DNA from: Lentisphaeria bacterium
Lineage (GTDB): Bacteria; Verrucomicrobiota; Lentisphaeria; Victivallales; UBA1829
Assembly: GCA_017615635.1 (NCBI GenBank)
Contig: JAFZZR010000005.1
Location: 5,258 to 69,257 of the forward strand
Reading direction: 5' to 3'
Length of the DNA: 64,000 nucleotides
In this document: positions 61,751 to 64,000 of the stretch, in pieces
How positions within the stretch are numbered: position 1 is the stretch's first letter
Layout of the letters: each line of letters opens with the position of its first letter
Made by a program: the position numbers and the translations under genes
The notes under the pieces: model-generated
What the model was told of the DNA's origin: nothing
What the model saw: the letters and a program-made list of their open reading frames with translations, nothing else
Databases searched by the model: none

Positions 61751-64000
61751 TCATTTTTCTGACCGATCCTCTTTGAGAATGTGGAAGTGTAAAACATCGT
61801 TCATACCTTCCCCGACTCCCGGCGCAAGACGCATCATTCCTTCCCGGCAATCACTGTCGCTCTCATTGATCAGAAGATTGTAGCGCAGAATGTGTTCTTC
61901 CGCCCCCAGCATTTTCCACGGAAGGGAAATCAGATATTCCGTCTGTGTCCCCTTGCGCGTGATATCCGCTTTGACGCGGGAGTCATCCGCGGCGGAACGA
62001 TTTCCGGTTGCCCATATCTTCTTCAATATCCTTCCGTCTTCATGCAAAGCAACGTTGATCTCCCAGATATCCGGCTGCCCCGGAACCGCGAGATACAACT
62101 GGAGCGAATCCCCTTTCCAGAGGGTTTTCGCCTCCTCTTTTTGATGGTGGACATCATCCGTCACCAGAATCCGGAACCGGAGATTTTCCGCATCGGATGC
62201 AATCCATACATTAGCGGAAAGGTCGTTATCATCCTTCCGAAGGCGGAACACATTTTGGGGATCTGCATCGAAAAGTTCCACCATCTGCGCACGTGTATTC
62301 AAGACCGCAGAAGGTTTCTCCGGGAACGATTCATTCATCAGCAGAGCCGGAGTCAGATAAAAACTTGCTGTTCCGCGGGGAACACCGTTCAGAGAGTAAT
62401 GAAAATTGATCTGCTGTGTGGCGCTTGAAAGGTTGGCTTTCGGATCGACGGTGATCGTAAAGGTTTTCTGCAAAGTCTGTTTCCCCGGAACCGCGACAGA
62501 TTCCGGAATTTCGGCACGCAATCCTTCCGGGATATCCGCTTTCAGCGTGAATGTTCCCGACGTTTCATTCGGATTCGTGAAATTCAGCGTACAGGGAACG
62601 GAATCTGCTGAAAGATCCGCCTCCGATCTGGCAAGTCTGCACAAGCCGTCTGCAATATTGCAGTATCTCGCCTGCTTCAGCCGCAGCGTGACAGGATCCG
62701 CCCCGAGCGGGAGTCGGACCGTGGAATCCACGATTTTCAGCGGAGTAACATTTCCATAGAGATCGATTATTTCCGCTTCTTTCGCATCCGTGGAAAAGAT
62801 GAGTTCATTTCCTGTAAAATAGGCTTTTCTGTTCCATGCCGGGATCAGCAGATCATTGCCGCGACGGAAAAGGTAACTTTCCGTAATATTGTTTTCGGGG
62901 AAAGAACGGACGAAGGATGTTGCTCCCCTGAAAGTCTGAGAGAGCATCCGGTAGACACAAAATACTTCTTTCGGATAATAGTCGTAGTCGAAAAGACCGT
63001 AATGATGTTCCGGATCGGTTGGATTTCTGCCCGGATCGCGCAGACAATACCATGTGTAGCCGATTGCACCGCGGCTCCATGAGAAAATCAGTTTCTGAAA
63101 GAGAGTCACCGCCTGAAGATGAGTCCCATATTTTAAGTCTGTCAATCCGGTTTCATGCGGGAACCATGGTATGGTCTGGTCAATCCCGATTTTTCTGCGC
63201 ATCGGAAGAAGGTGTCTATCAATTATATTGCGATAAAGCAAATAAGCAGCATGTCCATGAAAACAGTGGGTATCGAAAAGATCACGGCAAAGAGACATCG
63301 CTTTTTCATGAAGGCGATCTTTTCCGCCAAAATTACAGAATCCGGCACTCATGAGTTCAGCATCGGGAAGATTTCTGTCCAGTTCTTCCCGTGCGATTTT
63401 TGCAAGACGGTAATAATCGTCTGCATGAAAACTCGCAAACGACAACGTATCCGGTTCGTTCCAGACCTCGAAATGGTGCACATACTTTCCGAGAGCGCGA
63501 AATACCCTGTCACAGTATTCCCGCCAGATATCAGGATGGATCATGTGGTGCCCCGGTTTTTTTCTGTCTTCCTCTTTTTCATACATCCATGGTCTGTAAG
63601 TAGCCCAGATTATGGCCGCCGGATAAATATTGTTCTTTTTCAATTCCTTGAATAGATATAAAAGTCCTCCCGCGTATTCCGTGTCGGATTCCGGCCAAAA
63701 AGAAGTTGCAGAACATGAAAGCCGCAGAAAAGCGGCTCCGGCAAGTCCCGCGGCAGCGGCAGCACGTGAAGGATCATTCCCTATTTTATTCTGGTCTATT
63801 CCGAAACGGAAATCCCCGTTTTTCCAGGACGGCAGCAGTTCCGTGGAACAGAGTTTGGCAAAGGTCCTGTGAGCAACCCATTTTATTTCAGGATCTTCTT
63901 TTGATTGAGCAATGGCCTCCACATCGTACAACCCGTATTTTTCGGGAACCGGAAGAAGAAAAAACTGGGGACATTCCTGACTCTTCTGGAAAATAAATGC
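61751..64000 (-). CDS. clan GH-A TIM-barrel glycoside hydrolase with C-terminal CBM9-like module; N-terminus outside window
   Basis: FEVWNEPD (acid/base NEP) and PWFPHETG (nucleophile-type E) motifs. The C-terminal segment DLSANVWIASDAENLRFRILVTDDVHH...WKGDSLQLYL is CBM9-like. The track start at 63931 is a TTG, and the frame stays open to position 64000. Confidence 0.75.
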   Translation of the reverse strand, partial: AFIFQKSQECPQFFLLPVPEKYGLYDVEAIAQSKEDPEIKWVAHRTFAKLCSTELLPSWKNGDFRFGIDQNKIGNDPSRAAAAAGLAGAAFLRLSCSATSFWPESDTEYAGGLLYLFKELKKNNIYPAAIIWATYRPWMYEKEEDRKKPGHHMIHPDIWREYCDRVFRALGKYVHHFEVWNEPDTLSFASFHADDYYRLAKIAREELDRNLPDAELMSAGFCNFGGKDRLHEKAMSLCRDLFDTHCFHGHAAYLLYRNIIDRHLLPMRRKIGIDQTIPWFPHETGLTDLKYGTHLQAVTLFQKLIFSWSRGAIGYTWYCLRDPGRNPTDPEHHYGLFDYDYYPKEVFCVYRMLSQTFRGATSFVRSFPENNITESYLFRRGNDLLIPAWNRKAYFTGNELIFSTDAKEAEIIDLYGNVTPLKIVDSTVRLPLGADPVTLRLKQARYCNIADGLCRLARSEADLSADSVPCTLNFTNPNETSGTFTLKADIPEGLRAEIPESVAVPGKQTLQKTFTITVDPKANLSSATQQINFHYSLNGVPRGTASFYLTPALLMNESFPEKPSAVLNTRAQMVELFDADPQNVFRLRKDDNDLSANVWIASDAENLRFRILVTDDVHHQKEEAKTLWKGDSLQLYLAVPGQPDIWEINVALHEDGRILKKIWATGNRSAADDSRVKADITRKGTQTEYLISLPWKMLGAEEHILRYNLLINESDSDCREGMMRLAPGVGEGMNDVLHFHILKEDRSEK

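Noticed and set aside
1-64000. Searched by eye for tRNA/rRNA genes, CRISPR arrays, transposases, integrases, toxin-antitoxin pairs, restriction-modification genes, retron or DGR reverse transcriptases and other defence genes.
   Set aside because: No ORF shows the corresponding motifs (DDE, tyrosine-recombinase RHRY, RT YxDD and so on), and no intergenic region is long or structured enough for a tRNA or rRNA gene. The absence is stated from manual reading only and should be confirmed with tRNAscan, Infernal and defence-finder tools.

Overview
A 64-kb GC-rich chromosomal window with about 50 protein-coding genes. By eye, housekeeping genes run about 60-70% GC and the glycan loci about 48-52%. 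I recognise no rRNA, tRNA, CRISPR array, transposase or integrase. The lineage is probably a PVC-superphylum bacterium (Lentisphaerota/Victivallales-like or Kiritimatiellota-like). This is inferred from three prepilin-type proteins ([21 protein letters not shown]-terminus, C-terminal H-X9-DG/PG) that sit directly upstream of secreted carbohydrate-active enzymes. Housekeeping content: guaA (3' part), rsmD, prfA, rpmE, rubrerythrin, hisD-hisC, gyrB, fabH-fabF, feoAB with a DtxR-type regulator, sdaA and an NSS symporter. Envelope genes are an LpxL-family acyltransferase, arnT, a waaG-like gene and mgtC. There is also a MacB-type ABC pair. Accessory content: (i) three glycan-degradation loci with no recognisable transporter, each headed by a pseudopilin-like gene (23810-27705, 31095-35504, 52144-61699); (ii) a GH4 + UxaE + IclR + FAD-oxidoreductase uronate cluster; (iii) a tightly packed minus-strand operon with one ABC ATPase, two different ABC-2 permeases, two membrane-anchored helical proteins (one with a double zinc ribbon) and a secreted protein. 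The most unusual sequence-level signals are two. First, a perfect 32-bp inverted repeat built from four tandem heptamers brackets the promoter and start codon of one pseudopilin gene (35443-35838), a candidate phase-variation switch or long-range RNA duplex. Second, a nested-palindrome GC-rich element lies in an operon-internal gap (54073-54328). Family assignments come from motifs read in the translations; no searches were run. The ORF track writes GTG/TTG starts as M, so several starts were re-derived from the DNA. Long R/G/P-rich antisense ORFs are treated as GC-driven shadows.
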